Positions 30,435 to 40,243 of a DNA stretch of 64,000 nucleotides are shown in pieces. How positions within the stretch are numbered: the stretch's first letter is position 1; each line of letters begins with the position of its first letter. The notes beneath the pieces were generated by a model. It saw only the letters and a list, made by a program, of their open reading frames with translations, did not search any database and had not been told where the DNA came from. A program made the position numbers and the translations under genes. Source of the DNA: Bradymonadia bacterium (lineage in GTDB: Bacteria > Myxococcota_A > Bradymonadia > UBA7976 > UBA1532); assembly GCA_046290225.1 (NCBI GenBank), contig JBKAGE010000082.1, forward strand, positions 1 to 64,000, read 5' to 3'.

Positions 30435-33089
30435 ATGAAGATTCGGACTTTCGGTCGCGTTATCAGCCTGGGCCTCGGCCTGACGAGCCTCGCAGCATGC
30501 GGTGGCACCGAGACCACTGACACCAACACCGGCGCCGAGGGTGGGGAGACCCCTGTCGCCGAGAGTGGCCGGACCGATGCCTGCCCCACTGGCAAGTGCG
30601 ACAGCCCCAACGCTTCGGAGACCTTCGAGCACAAGTGGGCCGTCGACATGAAGAAGGTCAACGAGCACTACGGCCGCACCACCAAGTACTTCTTTGGTAT
30701 GACCCCTCAGGAGTCTGGGATTGACCCCAATCTGATCATCCCCGGCCTCACCCAGGCGATCGCCGCACAGATGGTCGCCGCTGGCATGCCCGAAGATGCC
30801 GCCGCCCAGGCTGCCGCTCAGCAGGCCACCGCCATGGCCAACCAGCCCATCTGGGACCAGATGGCTTCCCGCAACTCCGACCACAGCCTCCACGTGGATG
30901 CTGATGGTGAGAACGGTGTCGACAAGAACGTGCAGGTCATCCTCGAGGACGGCACGCAGATCGACCCCCCCGGGTACGTGAACATCATCCCGATGTACCG
31001 GGACACCGACCCCACCAAGCAGAACCAGATCCGCAAGTACATGAAGAACGGCGACGTCATTGTGTACTTCCACCCCGAGTTCACCGAGACCAAGGATCAC
31101 ATGGAGCGTCGCGCGAGCCACATCGCGATGCACTACGACATCACTGATCCTGTGACTGGTCAGGAGATGGTGCACCACATCGACAACCCGAATGGGTATG
31201 GCCCGATGTACAACCACCGTCCCACCAAGCACATGCCCTTCCACATCTACCGCTTCCAGCCCCGCGCCGATAAGGTCTTCGGTGTGGCCCCTGCTGGTCA
31301 GAACATCGCCGCGGAGATCGAGGGTGTCGGCTTTACCCGTGGCCAGGAGGACGCTGTCCTCGGTCTGGTGAACCCCGAGGTGAACCTCGATGACACCAAG
31401 GAGCGCCTCAAGTTCCAGATCAAGCTCGACGTCGAGCTCTCCCTGGACTACCGCGCCGCCGAGAACATCATCACCTACCTGCGCAACACCGGTCGCATCG
31501 ACAGCCTCAAGACCCTCGGCGGCATCCCCTACGTGGACGGCGAGGCCCTCACCCTGCTCCGCGACGGTGTGGATGCCGAGGAAGAGAACGGCTTCACGAT
31601 CGACGCGACGATGGCGGACATGTACAGCCAGCACGCTGCTGACTGGGCCTTCATCACGAACGATCTCAGCCCCTTCGCTGACTTCTTCACGCTGACTCTC
31701 CAGAACAAGACGCAGATCGACGACTTCGCGGTGCCCGCCATCAACGGTGAGGACATGCCCCGCCTGTACTGCTCGGGTCTGGCCTACGCCAACCTCAACC
31801 TGGCCCTCAACCGCCCGCTCAACAGCATCGGCCTCGGCGAGGAGCTCTGGGAGACCTTCAAGAGCTCCAACTACTACCTCAGCGACATCAACAAGGAGTT
31901 CGCTGCTGAGTGGGTTGCTGATCAGAACAACCTGCCGGGCATCGACCGCATGGTCTTTGAGAGCTACGCCGCCACCGACATCGTCAACAACTGGATCAAC
32001 ACCAACCTCGGCCACCTGCCCGTGCCGATTCGTCAGGCCCTCCTGGCGACGCCCGAGCTTCAGCAGCAGATGGTCCGCGGCTTCTCCCAGCTCGAGTGGT
32101 CCGACTCCCACGCCGAGGAGAAGTCCCAGACTCGCCAGTTCGACCCCGCCTCCGAGGCCAACGTCGCTCGCTGGGCCAAGGCCTACGGCCTCGGCGCTGA
32201 CGCCACCCAGGCCTACCTCGAGTCCGACGAGGAGCTGTTCAACGCTTTCCGCGGCCTGGACATCCCCCTCGCTGGCCTGACCCCCATGGATGTGCTCCAG
32301 GCTGTGGAGCGCGCCACGGTGTCGAACCGGTTCGTGCCGCCCCGCATCTGGATGGACGTCGCCGACCGCGCCGACAGCAACATGGTGTACGTGGGTACTG
32401 TTCTCAACTGTGAGCTGCTCAGCGCTGCTGACGGCTCCGACATCGACGCCTGCGCCGGTGGCGGTGGCGGTGTCGAGGAGTTCGCTGAGGGCGCCGCTGA
32501 CACCAGCACCTACGCCCACTACGCCATCACCAACGGTGGCCAGCGTACCCACCGTCGCTTCGACGGCACCCCTGGCCCCAAGAACATGGGCTACAACACC
32601 ACCTTCACCGTGGGCTTCACCGCTGCTGACGTGGAAGACATCGTCTTCATGGTGCACACCCCCGAGATGTGGGCCGACAACGACACTGTTGGCATGTCCA
32701 TGTACGAGTACGACACCTACTGCACCGAGAAGAACCCCGAGGGCAGCTGCGCGCCCAACACCGGCATCTTCCTCGATCCCATGGCTCTCCTCGAGTTCGG
32801 CGCCGGCGCCATCGAGGACCAGCGCCTGACCTTCGAGCTCTTCGGCGACAACGGTGTCTGCCAGCCTGCTGGTGAGGACATCATGGATTGCCCCACCGTC
32901 ACCGTGAAGGAAGACGGCAGCCTCGAGTACGGCGACACCATCCTCACCCGCAACGCGCACGGCCTCTTCGCCGTCACCATGCTCGACGTCAAGGCCCGGG
33001 ACGAGGGCGTGGAGTTCGAGCTGTGCACCGAGTGCGCCAACGGCGGCGCTCACTTCGACGGCTGGCGCCTCAAGATCCGCAACGACTGA
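30435..33089 (+). CDS. Large lipoprotein with putative permuted papain-like (NlpC/P60, YiiX/YaeF-type) domain and inserted helix-hairpin-helix module (copy 1)
   Basis: LAAC lipobox; GKCD motif; KNGDVIVYFH..SHIAMHY precedes LYCSGLAY; LDVELSLDYRAAENII...IPYVDGEAL HhH-like segment. Confidence 0.75.
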   Translation: MKIRTFGRVISLGLGLTSLAACGGTETTDTNTGAEGGETPVAESGRTDACPTGKCDSPNASETFEHKWAVDMKKVNEHYGRTTKYFFGMTPQESGIDPNLIIPGLTQAIAAQMVAAGMPEDAAAQAAAQQATAMANQPIWDQMASRNSDHSLHVDADGENGVDKNVQVILEDGTQIDPPGYVNIIPMYRDTDPTKQNQIRKYMKNGDVIVYFHPEFTETKDHMERRASHIAMHYDITDPVTGQEMVHHIDNPNGYGPMYNHRPTKHMPFHIYRFQPRADKVFGVAPAGQNIAAEIEGVGFTRGQEDAVLGLVNPEVNLDDTKERLKFQIKLDVELSLDYRAAENIITYLRNTGRIDSLKTLGGIPYVDGEALTLLRDGVDAEEENGFTIDATMADMYSQHAADWAFITNDLSPFADFFTLTLQNKTQIDDFAVPAINGEDMPRLYCSGLAYANLNLALNRPLNSIGLGEELWETFKSSNYYLSDINKEFAAEWVADQNNLPGIDRMVFESYAATDIVNNWINTNLGHLPVPIRQALLATPELQQQMVRGFSQLEWSDSHAEEKSQTRQFDPASEANVARWAKAYGLGADATQAYLESDEELFNAFRGLDIPLAGLTPMDVLQAVERATVSNRFVPPRIWMDVADRADSNMVYVGTVLNCELLSAADGSDIDACAGGGGGVEEFAEGAADTSTYAHYAITNGGQRTHRRFDGTPGPKNMGYNTTFTVGFTAADVEDIVFMVHTPEMWADNDTVGMSMYEYDTYCTEKNPEGSCAPNTGIFLDPMALLEFGAGAIEDQRLTFELFGDNGVCQPAGEDIMDCPTVTVKEDGSLEYGDTILTRNAHGLFAVTMLDVKARDEGVEFELCTECANGGAHFDGWRLKIRND

Positions 33090-33262
33090 GGCTCCGCTGC
33101 TCCGGCGGCGTCAGCCGCCGTGAGCGCGGCGATCTTGCGCACAGCTACGACCTTTCCTTCCTCGACGCAGCTCTGCTGCGCCTGCGGGTGAAAGCCCGCA
33201 TCTGCACACAAGCTCCCCACCCTCACGACGACTGCCGCCACCTCCGCATCTCCGCGGGGCTC
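33090..33262 (+). other. Structured 3' element downstream of lipoprotein copy 1
   Basis: Hairpins CGGCGGC-GTCA-GCCGCCG, CGCAGC-TCT-GCTGCG (33166-33180) and TGCGGGT-GAAA-GCCCGCA (33183-33200). Confidence 0.55.
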
Positions 33263-33477
33263 GTGCGCGACGCTTCTATGGCTTCGTCTCTAGGGTTGTA
33301 TGAGAGAGACAGGCTCTGAGTTTTCGATCGGATACTCTACTTGCCACTTGGGGTGGGGTAGCTTGCTCGATCTGGCAGTTCGATCAGCCACCCATAGAGG
33401 GCTACGGATGTGGGCGACATCTGATAACGCCATAATTTCCGTCCACTTACTGTCAGTCTTCTGTGCTGGGGTTCCCA

Positions 33478-33495
33478 TTGGCATGCGAATCGCTT
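33478..33495 (+). promoter_or_regulatory. Putative sigma54 (-24/-12) promoter of lipoprotein copy 2
   Basis: Identical TTGGCATGCGAATCGCTT; the sequence upstream of it is unrelated to that of copy 1. Confidence 0.65.
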
Positions 33496-33554
33496 AATAG
33501 GTAAGCATTCCAAATTGGCACCCAACATCTACTCCAAATGAGGGGAGTGGCAGC

Positions 33555-36200
33555 ATGAAGATTCGGACTTTCGGTCGCGTTATCAGCCTGGGCCTCGGCC
33601 TGACGAGCCTCGCAGCATGCGGTGGCACCGAGACCACTGACACCAACACCGGCGCTGAGGGTGGCGAGACTCCTGTTGCCGAGAGTGGCCGGACCGACGC
33701 CTGCCCCACTGGCAAGTGCGACAGCCCCAACGCTTCGGAGACCTTCGAGCACAAGTGGGCCGTTGACATGAAGAAGGTCAACGAGCACTACGGCGCCACG
33801 ACCAAGTACTTCTTCGGTATGACCCCTCAGGAGTCTGGTGTTGATCCCAACCTGATCATCCCCGGCCTCACCCAGGCGATCGCTGCTCAGATGATGGCCG
33901 CCGGCATGCCTCAGGACGCCGCTGTCCAGGCCGCCACCCAGCAGGCCACCGCCATGGCCAACCAGCCCGTCTGGGACCAGATGGCTCTGCGCAACTCCGA
34001 CCACAGCCTCCATGTGGATGCTGACGGCGAGAACGGCGTGGCCGAGAACGTTCAGCTGATCCTCGAGGACGGCACGCGGATCGACCCCCCCGGGTACGTG
34101 AACATCATCCCGATGTACCGGGACACCGACCCCACCAAGCAGAACCAGATCCGCAAGTACATGAAGAACGGCGACGTCATCGTGTACTTCCACCCCGAGT
34201 TCACCTCCATCAAGGATCACATGGAGCGTCGCGCGAGCCACATCGCGATGCACTACGACATCACTGATCCTGTGACTGGTCAGGAGATGGTGCACCACAT
34301 CGACAACCCGAATGGGTATGGCCCGATGTACAACCACCGTCCCACCAAGCACATGCCCTTCCACATCTACCGCTTCCAGCCCCGCGCCGATAAGACCTTC
34401 GGCCTGGCCCCTGCGAGCGATGCTGTGGCCGCCGAGGCCGAGGGCGTGCAGTTCACCCGCGCTCAGGAGGACGGTGTCCTCAAGCTCGTGAACCCCGAGC
34501 TCGCCGACGACGCCGCCGTGCAGGCCTTCCACACCTTCCTGGATGTGGAGCTGGCCCTCGACGTGCGCGCCGCCAACAACATCGTCACCTACCTCGCCAA
34601 CTCCGGCCGCATCGATTCCCTCGCGGACCTCGCCCGGATCCCTTACGTGGGCCCCTCGGCGCTGACCCGCATGCGTGACGCTGTCGACGGTGAGGAGAAC
34701 GGCTTCACCATCGATCCTTCGATGGCGAGCCTGTACAGCCAGCACGCTGCTGACTGGGCCTTCATCACGAACGATCTCAGCCCCTTTGCTGACTTCTTCA
34801 CGCTGACTCTCCAGAACAAGAGCCAGCTTGATGACTTCGCGGTGCCGGCCATCAACGGCGAGAACATGCCCCGCCTGTACTGCTCGGGTCTGGCCTACGC
34901 CAACCTCAACCTGGCCCTCAACCGCCCGCTCAACAGCATCGGCCTCGGCGCCGAGCAGTGGGAGACCTTCAAGAGCTCCAACTACTACCTGAGCGACATC
35001 AACAAGCGCTTCGACGCCGAGTGGGTCTCCGACAAGAACAACCTGCCTGGCATCGACCGCCTGGTGTTCGAGAGCTACGCCGCCACCGACATCGTCAACA
35101 ACTGGCTCGAGACCAACCTCGGTCACCTGCCCGTGCCTGTGCGCCAGGGTCTCCTGCAGACCCCCCAGCTGCAGCAGCAGATGGTCCGCGGCTTCTCACA
35201 GCTTGAGTGGTCTGATTCCCACGCCACCGAGAAGTCCCAGACCCGTCAGTTCGACCCCGCTTCCGAGAACAACGTGAAGCGCTGGGCTGCAGCTTACGGC
35301 CGTGGCGCCAACGAGACGCAGGCGTTCCTCGAGGCTGACGAAGAGCTGTTCAACGCTTTCCGCGCCCTGAACATCCCCATGGACGGCCTGACCCCCATGG
35401 ACGTGCTCCAGGCTGTGGAGCGCGAGACCGTCTCCAACCGGTTCGTGCCGCCCCGCATCTGGATGGACGTCGCCGACCGCGCCGACGGCAACATGGTGTA
35501 CGTGGGTACCGTTCTCAACTGTGAGCTGCTCAGCGCTGCTGACGGTTCCACCATCGACGCCTGCGCCGGTGGCGGTGGCGGTGTCGAGGAGTTCGCTGAG
35601 GGCGCCGCTGACACCAGCACCTACGCCCACTACGCCATCACCGATGGCGGCCAGCGTACCCACCGTCGCTTCGACGGCACCCCTGGCCCCAAGAACATGG
35701 GCAACAACACGGCCTTCACCGTGGGCTTCACCGCCTCGAACGCTCAGGACGTGGCCTTCATCGTGCACACCCCCGAGACCTGGGCGGGCAACGACACTGT
35801 CGACATGTCCATGTACGAGTACGACACCTACTGCACCGAGAAGAACCCCGAGGGCACCTGCGCCCCCAGCACCGGCATCTACCTCGACCCCATGGCCCTC
35901 CTCGACGCCGACACCAAGGCCATCGAGGACCAGCGCCTGACCTTCGAGCTCTTCGGTGACAACGGCGTCTGTCAGCCCGTCGGCGAGGACACCATGGAGT
36001 GCCCCACCGCCACCATGAACGAGGACGGCTCCCTCGAGTTCGACACCGCCATCATCAGCCGCAACGCCCATGGCCTCTTCGCCCTCACCATGGTCGACAT
36101 GAAGAACTCCGCCGAGCCCGCCAACTTCGAGCTGTGCACCGAGTGCGCCAACGGCGGTGCTCACTTCGACGGCTGGCGCCTCAAGATCCGCAACGACTGA
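33555..36200 (+). CDS. Large lipoprotein with putative permuted papain-like domain and HhH insertion (copy 2)
   Basis: Paralog of 30435..33089 with the same motifs; HhH segment LDVELALDVRAANNIV...IPYVGPSAL. Confidence 0.75.
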   Translation: MKIRTFGRVISLGLGLTSLAACGGTETTDTNTGAEGGETPVAESGRTDACPTGKCDSPNASETFEHKWAVDMKKVNEHYGATTKYFFGMTPQESGVDPNLIIPGLTQAIAAQMMAAGMPQDAAVQAATQQATAMANQPVWDQMALRNSDHSLHVDADGENGVAENVQLILEDGTRIDPPGYVNIIPMYRDTDPTKQNQIRKYMKNGDVIVYFHPEFTSIKDHMERRASHIAMHYDITDPVTGQEMVHHIDNPNGYGPMYNHRPTKHMPFHIYRFQPRADKTFGLAPASDAVAAEAEGVQFTRAQEDGVLKLVNPELADDAAVQAFHTFLDVELALDVRAANNIVTYLANSGRIDSLADLARIPYVGPSALTRMRDAVDGEENGFTIDPSMASLYSQHAADWAFITNDLSPFADFFTLTLQNKSQLDDFAVPAINGENMPRLYCSGLAYANLNLALNRPLNSIGLGAEQWETFKSSNYYLSDINKRFDAEWVSDKNNLPGIDRLVFESYAATDIVNNWLETNLGHLPVPVRQGLLQTPQLQQQMVRGFSQLEWSDSHATEKSQTRQFDPASENNVKRWAAAYGRGANETQAFLEADEELFNAFRALNIPMDGLTPMDVLQAVERETVSNRFVPPRIWMDVADRADGNMVYVGTVLNCELLSAADGSTIDACAGGGGGVEEFAEGAADTSTYAHYAITDGGQRTHRRFDGTPGPKNMGNNTAFTVGFTASNAQDVAFIVHTPETWAGNDTVDMSMYEYDTYCTEKNPEGTCAPSTGIYLDPMALLDADTKAIEDQRLTFELFGDNGVCQPVGEDTMECPTATMNEDGSLEFDTAIISRNAHGLFALTMVDMKNSAEPANFELCTECANGGAHFDGWRLKIRND

Positions 36201-36375
36201 GGCTCCGCTGCTCCGGCTCTGTGGCCCGCCACCTGAGTGGCGATTTGGCGCACGGAGCCGGCGCTTCCCTCCTCGACGATGCTTCCAGCATCGCCTGCGG
36301 GTGAATCACCACCCCCGCACACCAACTCCCCCCTCAGTTGACGACCCCCAGAGCCTCCGCACCTCCGCGGGGCAC
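36201..36375 (+). other. Structured 3' element downstream of lipoprotein copy 2
   Basis: CCGGCTCTGTG/CACGGAGCCGG stem, CGATGCT-TCC-AGCATCG (36277-36293) and TGCGGG...CCCGCA (36296-36319). Confidence 0.55.
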
Positions 36376-36625
36376 GGGTCTGCACTTGTTCTGATTTGAG
36401 GTTGTCTCACTCGCACTGATGGCATGGCTCCTCAGGTGTCTGTAACCGGGCAGCAGAGCCTGGCTGCAGACCACCCATGAGGCCGTCGACCCAAACACCT
36501 TCATTCCATTCCTCGCCAAAATATGTAGTCATAGGTGGTCTGTGAACACAGTCCACCGGTTTGGGTAGGCTTCAAGCCCACCCCCACACGATGTCTTTTG
36601 TCCAGACACGTGCAGTGAGGAAGCC

Positions 36626-39600
36626 ATGAACGTGAAGAAGATGATGCTCTCTGGCGCTTTGGGGGCAGGCGCCTTGCTCTGTGCTGCGGGTGCCTACGCC
36701 ACCAGCAACCACCACATGTGTGCCATCAGCGATGCTGGCGCTGTCGTATGTTGGGGCAACAACAGCAACGGGCAGCTCGGTCAGGGCCACACCAACCACA
36801 TAGGTGACGTCGCTGGCGAGACCAGCCTGCTCCAGCCGATCGATCTCGGCACTGGGCGCACTGCGCTGCAAGTTGTTCAGGCCAGCGCCCACACCTGCGC
36901 GTTGCTCGACGATGGCTCCGTGAAATGCTGGGGCAGCAACAGCGGTGGGCGCCTGGGCATTGGCACCTCGGTGGGCCCTGTCGGGGATGCTGCGGGCGAA
37001 ATGGGTGACAATCTGCCCACCGTGAACCTCGGCACCGGCCGCACGGCCACCTTCCTCACCGTGGGGAGCGCCCACACCTGCGCGGTCCTCGACAATGGGC
37101 GCGTGAAGTGTTGGGGCTCGAGCAGCCGCGGGCAGCTCGGATACGAGATCACCTCGGGTCGCGGCAGCGTGCCTGAGCACATGGGCGACAACCTGCCCTA
37201 TGTCGACCTTGGCACCAACGCACAGGGACAGCCACACACCGCCACCCGCCTCGGCAGCGGTGATGAGCACACCTGCGCAGTCCTCGAAGATGGTCAGGTG
37301 AAGTGTTGGGGCTACAACAGCACCGGCCAACTCGGCCACGGCGACACCACTCAGCGTGGAGATCACGCCAACGAGATGGGCGACAACCTGCCATACACCG
37401 ATCTCGGTAATGGCGTGGTGGCGGTCGCACTCACCGCAGGGCAGCGCCACAGCTGCGCATTGCTCGACGACGGCGGGGTGAAGTGCTGGGGCTACAACAG
37501 CAATGGTGAGCTCGGGCAGGAAGACAACGTTCAACGCGGTGATGGCCCCAACGAGATGGGGGACAACTTGTCACCCATCGACCTCGGCACAGGGGTCACC
37601 GCTGTTCGGGTGGTCAGCGGTGATCATCACAACTGCGCCCTGACGAACACGGGCGGCACCAAGTGTTGGGGTTGGGGCCACTATGGCCAGACCGGCACTG
37701 GCACCTGGGGCACAGGCGACGGCGTCAACGAGATGGGAGACAACCTGTCCTACATCTCTCTGGGTGGTGGCAGCCTCCAGAGCATCGGCTCTGGCCTGCA
37801 CACCACCTGTGTGATCTTCACCGGTGGCGGCCTCAAGTGCTGGGGTTACAGCACATCGGGTGTGCTGGGCATCGGCGCGGCCAACGGTGATCATCGCGGT
37901 GACGGGATCAACGAGCTGGGTGCCAACCTGCCCTTCGTGTCGCTGCAGAACTTCACCCCCATGGTCATGGGCAACGACAACTTCGGGGTGGAGCTGTGTC
38001 CTGACGACGACGGTGACGGCATCTGCAACGACGCCGACAACTGCATCGCCGGCGCTGATGGTGATCTCGACAACGTATGTGACAACGTGGACAACTGCCC
38101 CACGGTGTCGAACCCGAACCAGACCGACGACAATGGTGATGGCTATGGCGACGCCTGTGTCAGCCCCCTCGCCGCTGCCTGCATCGACCCTACGGCTGTA
38201 CTCGGCGCCAACATCATCATCGGACCCAACGCCTGCATCGGCAGCTACGCCCGCATCGGCGACGATGCCACCATCATGGGCACAGTGGGCAACAGCGCCA
38301 ACATCGGCTCTGGGGTCACCATTGGCGAGGGTGCCACGGTGGGCAACGCCGTCGTGCTTGGTGACAACGTCGGCGTCGGCGCCGACGCCACTGTCGAGGT
38401 GCTCGCTCAGCTGGGCGCCAGCGTCAGCGTAGGCGAGCGTGGCTTCGTGGGCACTCAAGCCGTTGTGGGTGACAACAGCCAGCTCGCTGCGGACACCAGC
38501 GTGGGCCTGCTGGCGCGCCTCGGTGCAGGCAGCAATCTCGCCGCGGGCACCAGCGTCGGCAACAACTCCATCGTGGGCGCCAACGCCTCGCTGACCTCGG
38601 GCAGCAGCGTCGGCCCCAACGCCAGTATCGGTGATGATCTGCAGCTGGGCACCAACGCCATCATCGAAGACAACACGGTCATCGGTGACAACGCCGCCAT
38701 CGCCGAGAGCGGCATCGTGCGGAGCTACGTCACCATCGGCCACAACCTCGTCATGGGTACAGGCACCGAGCTGGCCTCCGGCGCCGCAGTCGGTGACAGC
38801 GCAGTGCTCGGCGCCAGCGTCGAGGTTCGGGGCAGCGTCGGTGCCCGCGCGCAGCTCGACGACAACGCCTTCGTGGGCAACCAGAGCGACGTGGGTGACG
38901 ACTGTCACCTGCACACCAACGTGACCTTGGGCCTCTTCGTCTCTCTCGGTGCCAACTGCGAGATCGGCGACGACAGCGCCATCTATGATGGGGTGCAAAT
39001 CGCCAGCGACGCCACCATCGGCGCCCGAGCCACGATCTTGTTCCGCACTGTTTTGGGGCAGCGCGCCACCATCGGCGACGACACCATCGTCGACGAGGCC
39101 ATCACCGCGGGCGATGACTTCACCGTGGGCACCAACAGCCGTCTGTGGCCCCGCTCGACGTACGGCAACAGCGTCAACATCGGCAACAACGTGCTGATTC
39201 GCGACACCGCGGACATCGGCGATGACGTCACCATCGAAGATGATGTGTTGATGTATCCCGAGACCACCATCGGGAGCGAGACCACCATCCGTCAGGGTGT
39301 GGAGCTCGGCGTAGAGGACTGCGCCAACCGCGTGTGCGGCCAGGTCACCATCGGCGGTTGCCAGGACGTCAACGCCGACATGGGCGCTGAAGCTCTGCTC
39401 GACGGCAGCTGCATCAACGGCCTCACCCCCGAGGGTGCAGCGCTCAACTGTCTGGAGGCGCTCAACTCTGGCGCAGATCAGGACGGCACCTACTGGCTCG
39501 ACCCCGACGGTGCAGGTGGCCTCGACGCGTTCCAGGCTTACTGCGACATGAGCACTGACGGTGGCGGCTGGACTCTGCTGGCGCTGAACAACCAGCCGAC

Positions 39601-40060
39601 GACGTTCACGAACTTCAACAAGACGTGGGCACAGTTCCGTGATGGCTTCGGCGACTACGCCACAGGTGGCCTCGGCTGGATCGGGAACGCACGGATTCAC
39701 GCGCTGACGAGTCAGGGGGTGACGACGCTGGAGGTGCGCAACGGAGGAAGTGTGCACGAGTACACGGACTTCAACGTGGGCGACGAGGCCTCAGAGTACC
39801 TCATGACCATCGGCAACAGCCCCAACAGCAACGATGGTGGCCGTCTGCTCAGTTACCACTCTGGCATGCGCTTCAGCACCTTCGACAACGACAATGATCT
39901 CTGGAGCAACAACTGCGCCTCTTACTACAGCAGCGGCTGGTGGTTCCGCAGCTGCTACTACATGAGCTTCGCTGGCTCCAACAACAGCCGCACCTACTGG
40001 CGCGTCGGCAACTCAAGCCTCGAGTACGTCAACGACAGCCTCGCCATGTGGATCCGCTGA
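36626..40060 (+). CDS. Giant secreted RCC1 + TSP3 + LbH + canonical fibrinogen-related (FReD) C-terminal domain protein (paralog 2)
   Basis: Same architecture as paralog 1. The tip YCDMSTDGGGWT..FNKTWAQFRDGFGD..WIGNARIHALT..YHSGMRFSTFDNDND..NCA..SGWWFRSCY is a textbook fibrinogen C-terminal domain. Confidence 0.92.
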   Translation: MNVKKMMLSGALGAGALLCAAGAYATSNHHMCAISDAGAVVCWGNNSNGQLGQGHTNHIGDVAGETSLLQPIDLGTGRTALQVVQASAHTCALLDDGSVKCWGSNSGGRLGIGTSVGPVGDAAGEMGDNLPTVNLGTGRTATFLTVGSAHTCAVLDNGRVKCWGSSSRGQLGYEITSGRGSVPEHMGDNLPYVDLGTNAQGQPHTATRLGSGDEHTCAVLEDGQVKCWGYNSTGQLGHGDTTQRGDHANEMGDNLPYTDLGNGVVAVALTAGQRHSCALLDDGGVKCWGYNSNGELGQEDNVQRGDGPNEMGDNLSPIDLGTGVTAVRVVSGDHHNCALTNTGGTKCWGWGHYGQTGTGTWGTGDGVNEMGDNLSYISLGGGSLQSIGSGLHTTCVIFTGGGLKCWGYSTSGVLGIGAANGDHRGDGINELGANLPFVSLQNFTPMVMGNDNFGVELCPDDDGDGICNDADNCIAGADGDLDNVCDNVDNCPTVSNPNQTDDNGDGYGDACVSPLAAACIDPTAVLGANIIIGPNACIGSYARIGDDATIMGTVGNSANIGSGVTIGEGATVGNAVVLGDNVGVGADATVEVLAQLGASVSVGERGFVGTQAVVGDNSQLAADTSVGLLARLGAGSNLAAGTSVGNNSIVGANASLTSGSSVGPNASIGDDLQLGTNAIIEDNTVIGDNAAIAESGIVRSYVTIGHNLVMGTGTELASGAAVGDSAVLGASVEVRGSVGARAQLDDNAFVGNQSDVGDDCHLHTNVTLGLFVSLGANCEIGDDSAIYDGVQIASDATIGARATILFRTVLGQRATIGDDTIVDEAITAGDDFTVGTNSRLWPRSTYGNSVNIGNNVLIRDTADIGDDVTIEDDVLMYPETTIGSETTIRQGVELGVEDCANRVCGQVTIGGCQDVNADMGAEALLDGSCINGLTPEGAALNCLEALNSGADQDGTYWLDPDGAGGLDAFQAYCDMSTDGGGWTLLALNNQPTTFTNFNKTWAQFRDGFGDYATGGLGWIGNARIHALTSQGVTTLEVRNGGSVHEYTDFNVGDEASEYLMTIGNSPNSNDGGRLLSYHSGMRFSTFDNDNDLWSNNCASYYSSGWWFRSCYYMSFAGSNNSRTYWRVGNSSLEYVNDSLAMWIR

Positions 40061-40243
40061 GCGCAAGTGCCGTCGTGACCTCATAACACTGCTGCACACC
40101 CGATCTGCCCAGCAGGCAGATCACCACTGCCTCCACCGCTTAATTCAACAACCGACCCGTCTCCATCTGAATTTTGTGTGGTTCACAGTGTGGGCAAGGG
40201 CGTACAATGTTGCGCATTGCACACACTGTCTGCCGATGGAGGC

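Larger units (their letters stand above)
30358..36375 (+). repeat. Tandem duplication (offset 3120 bp) of promoter + lipoprotein gene + downstream structured element
   Basis: 30358.. aligns with 33478..; long identical tracts such as 31091-31274 = 34211-34394. Confidence 0.95.

Noticed and set aside
30285..36164. Long minus-strand ORFs (922, 557 and 322 aa)
   Set aside because: Antisense shadows of the duplicated lipoproteins, with the V/G/D/L-rich composition typical of reverse frames.
36572..39757. Minus-strand ORFs of 320 and 728 aa
   Set aside because: Antisense to fibre paralog 2.
40100..40125. ATCTGCC-CAGCA-GGCAGAT hairpin as an intrinsic terminator
   Set aside because: No U-tract follows, so the evidence is insufficient.
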